Shown one piece after another: positions 61,106 through 64,000 of a stretch of DNA of 64,000 nucleotides (positions within the stretch are counted from its first letter, which is position 1; every line of letters starts with the position of its first letter). Origin of the DNA: an uncultured delta proteobacterium (GTDB lineage Bacteria; Desulfobacterota; Desulfobacteria; Desulfobacterales; JAHEIW01); assembly GCA_963706575.1 (NCBI GenBank), contig CAVPNL010000004.1, positions 192,001 to 256,000 on the forward strand, written 5' to 3'. The notes below the pieces were generated by a model, which saw only the letters and a program-made list of their open reading frames with translations, did no database searches and was not told the origin of the DNA. The position numbers and the translations under genes are program-made.

Positions 61106-61551
61106 AACTCTACCTCCTGCATAAATTCAAACCGGCACCGCCAACATTAAGAGCCTTGACCGGCTGAGGGAACTCAGCCAGTCCGGACACCCGGGGGCCC
61201 GGCAGTTACCCACAAGGCAAACCGGTATTTTAGAATGAACTCCGGCCAATAAATGCAGCGCATTTATGCGCGAATCATCCATTCGACACATCCAGGGAAT
61301 CCCTGGATTTGTATTTTTTAAGTAAATCCTGGATGGCCTCTTCAAGGAGATCATTCTGCCGCTTATCCAGCCGCGCAGCGAGCACTTTAATTTCTCTGAT
61401 GAGTTCGGCATCCAGGGTGGTATTATACATTTTTCTTAAACCCATAATATTCCTCTTATAGAAATATCGGTAACTATACGGGGAACTTTAGAAAAAAAAT
61501 GGGCAGCTCAATAAATGAGCTGCCCACCAGGGAAGAAAGGAAAAAAAATTA

Positions 61552-62689
61552 TTACCAGTGCAACGCCAAACGGTTATCTCTGTCCAATTTTACGCGGGTT
61601 CCAAAGGAGGCACCTTCTCTATTTAACGTATTCATTAGCCAGATCGCCTCTGCGCCTGAAGCCCGGTTTACCTTAAATCGCCTAATCCTGAGTCGGGGTC
61701 ATTTGCAAACTGATAAGCTTTCCATTCGCGGAATTTACGGTGGCAAAATACATCAAGGACAAATCCGCCCTGAATTCTTCATATCCGCCGATGCCTTCGT
61801 AGTCATTTAAAAAATCACCGCAGCCGTAAAGAATGAGTCTGTCCCTGTAAACTTCAATTGCTTTGACATGATGCGATGAATGCCCATGAATGATGTCGAC
61901 ACCGCCATCATCAATCAGTCGATGCGCAAAACGTCTTTGCTTGCGGGAAATATCATATCCCCAGTTCCCGCCCCAGTGCATGGATATCACCACAATATCG
62001 CCCGCGCGTTTAACTTCCTGAATTTTTCTCTGAATATGGCGCATGGATTTAGCGCCCAGGCCGGGCAGCAGATTTACACCGGGTCTATTTTGCCCGGCGG
62101 CCCAGGTCAATGGAATCCCGCTGCTGGCCAAACCGAATGCGAACACCAGCACCCTGCCATTGCCTGCGACAGGAAGCACGGCTGGTGCCCCGGCCTCTGC
62201 GATATTTTGTCCGGCCCCGGCGGTTTTTATGTTGACAGTTTTCAGTGATTCCAGGGTCTCAGAAAGACCCACATATCCCCAGTCCAAAACGTGGTTGTTG
62301 GCCAGAGAACAGCCGTTTATACCGGCTGCCGTCAAACTGGCAATATTTTTGGGATGCATCCGGTAGTTGATCCCTTTGCCTTCCCAATAATCGTTACTGT
62401 TGGTGACGCTGGTTTCCAGATTGATCAGCCTCAGATGCGGTGCCGCTCGATCCAATTCCTCAAGGGCGTCGCCCCAGATGTATGCAAAGCTGACCGGTTG
62501 CTGAATGGGGCCGTTTACTTCTTCAGCCAGTTTGACATATCCCCTGGCACTTTTCAGGTAGGACTCGTATATTTCAGGGTCAGCGGGGTGCGGCAGCACC
62601 TGATCAATGCCTCTGCCGGTCATGACATCACCGCACATAAATATCTTGATGTGGCCTGCCATATCTTGCCCAATTGCCGGTGTCCACAT
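61552..62689 (-). CDS. CapA/PgsA-family metallophosphoesterase, one +1 frameshift near 61688; start uncertain
   Basis: GDVMTGRG, NLET, LANNHVLDWG, HWG, GHSSHH, YGCGDF; corrected C-terminus PTQIRRFKVNRAS...LHW. Confidence 0.85.
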
Positions 62690-62771
62690 AACCGCGGAAA
62701 GAAAACACCCGGTTAAACTGTAAAAAAGAAATTTGCGGAATCGAGCCGATATGAATCGGGCGTCCCAGAAT

Positions 62772-63538
62772 CTATTGCCACAATCCTTTTGCAACGCAGG
62801 CTTTTTTGACAAAGGGATTTTCATTTTTTTGTATCTCTTCGATCCTTTTGGCTCGCTTACATTCCCATTCATCAACCGGGTCCTGTTGATCCCAGGTTTT
62901 GAAAAGCTTGCGGTCTTGCTCATTGATGAGGTCATAGGCAGGATAGGCCCAATCCATGTAGAAATATATCCTGGCGATATCGCCCCTTACTTCAGCAGGG
63001 GGTTCTACTTCACTGTGTGCGATCTCAATATCACAATTGCCGAAACCGGCCTTTTCTCCCGGAACCATTCCATAATTGCAATTTGATCTTAACTCACTGA
63101 TTTCTCCGATAGCCGGAACCAGGTTGTAAAGATCACACTGCATAAACCTGAAATTGATATTCATCTTTTCAGCACAATTCAGTCCCTTAAAAGGCCTGCC
63201 CCGGCTATCCAGGCATTTCGGGTGCCCATCGCGCCATTCGGAAAATTTGTAGCCGAAAGAATCGAGACGAACGATATGCTCCCACTCCAGCCGGCTGGCC
63301 CCTTTCGATTTTCTTTTGGGAACGTACCCGTTATTGTGGATCACATAATTCCCCTGTGTGTACTGGGAGCCGCAATAAAAGGTTTGCTGATGGCCGCGGT
63401 AAATTTCCCGCATCAGGATTCTTTTGGCTTTGCTGAAGGACTGAATTTGGCGGTTGCCTTTGCTGCGCGGCATAAACCGGATCCGTTAACTAGGCAGATC
63501 AAAACCAGAGCCATTATAAAATGTCCGAATTTCTTCAT
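62772..63538 (-). CDS. endonuclease I (EndA/Vvn-like); signal peptide out of frame
   Basis: TFYCG, EWEHIV, DLYNLVPAIGE, RGDIARIYFYM, DPVDEWE; MKKFGHFIMALVLICL from 63538 joins the body if two bases are removed. Confidence 0.85.
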
Positions 63539-63751
63539 CGCATAATCCTCAATTTGTATGTGGGCAAAGCGAAAGCGAAAAAGGAGGGAAGCCCTGTTTT
63601 TTTCTCAGTGCTACCCCTACCGCATATAAATGGGATTAGTCAACCAAGTCTCCGCCTAATGCAAAAACAGAACGGCCATCACGGTGATCTTGCGATCCTA
63701 TTTGTCAATCAACCGTTAAGAAAAAATACCTAATTGATATTTCTTAATTAA

Positions 63752-63787
63752 ATAAAGCCCGCTGGTATACCAGCGGGCTTTATTTTT
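63752..63787. terminator. intrinsic terminator
   Basis: ATAAAGCCCGCTGG-TATA-CCAGCGGGCTTTAT; same stem as 58756-58788. Confidence 0.8.
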
Positions 63788-63811
63788 GCTCAAGCGTGTA
63801 AAAACGGCCGG

Positions 63812-64000
63812 CTAAGTCGAAACCGCCTCGGGAAACCCGTGCCTTAAAGCGAGCTTGCCGAACATTTGGGCCAGCCCGACCCCCAGCGAAAAAACAGAGC
63901 CCACATCAAGATTTTTGTCTGCGGTTTCGTCAAAAAAAACATTGAGACTGGATTCCAGTCCGTCTTCGGGCAACCAGTAACAGATCATGATGGGAACTGC
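63812..64000 (-). CDS. 3' end of a DUF3786-like protein, truncated by the window edge
   Basis: VPIMICYWLPEDGLESSLNVFFDETADKNL...GLAQMFGKLALRHG then TAG. Confidence 0.6.
   Translation of the reverse strand, partial: AVPIMICYWLPEDGLESSLNVFFDETADKNLDVGSVFSLGVGLAQMFGKLALRHGFPEAVST

Noticed and set aside
61127..61411. 94-aa ORF, and CTGATGAG near 61396 as a hammerhead core
   Set aside because: The ORF has no motif or clear RBS; no stem followed by GAAA completes a hammerhead

Overview
Gene-dense chromosomal window whose gene content (tetrahaem cytochrome c3, sigma54 activator, many PAS/HAMP/REC proteins, a UGA-containing redox gene) suggests a sulfate-reducing Desulfobacterota-like organism; this taxonomy is inference. 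Core genes: pyrG, eno, a TPP-riboswitch-led thiM-thiE-thiL-thiD operon, cutA, a rhomboid protease, a CoxD/CoxE-type MoxR-vWA pair, a transpeptidase, a CapA-family protein and endonuclease I. Most notable: (1) a DsbA-like selenoprotein candidate (UQYC plus SECIS-like hairpins) split into two ORFs by the ORF track; (2) an intact stand-alone paralogue of IF2 domains III-IV with no GTPase domain; (3) an OmpR-type two-component pair divergent from a secreted vWA-PspA-membrane protein operon with symmetric candidate operators; (4) a WYL regulator divergent from a 62-aa ORF with a palindromic promoter of PafBC-like geometry; (5) a minor-pilin cluster ending in a ~1070-aa protein with a beta-propeller inserted in an L-type lectin fold; (6) a Tat-signal DUF362/polyferredoxin/aldo-keto reductase operon; (7) several families of nested palindromic intergenic elements with no transposase in the window. 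Frameshifts in four genes are all explained by single-base insertions and are probably sequencing-consensus errors. No CRISPR array, rRNA or tRNA was recognised. Family calls come from motif recognition by eye, not database searches.
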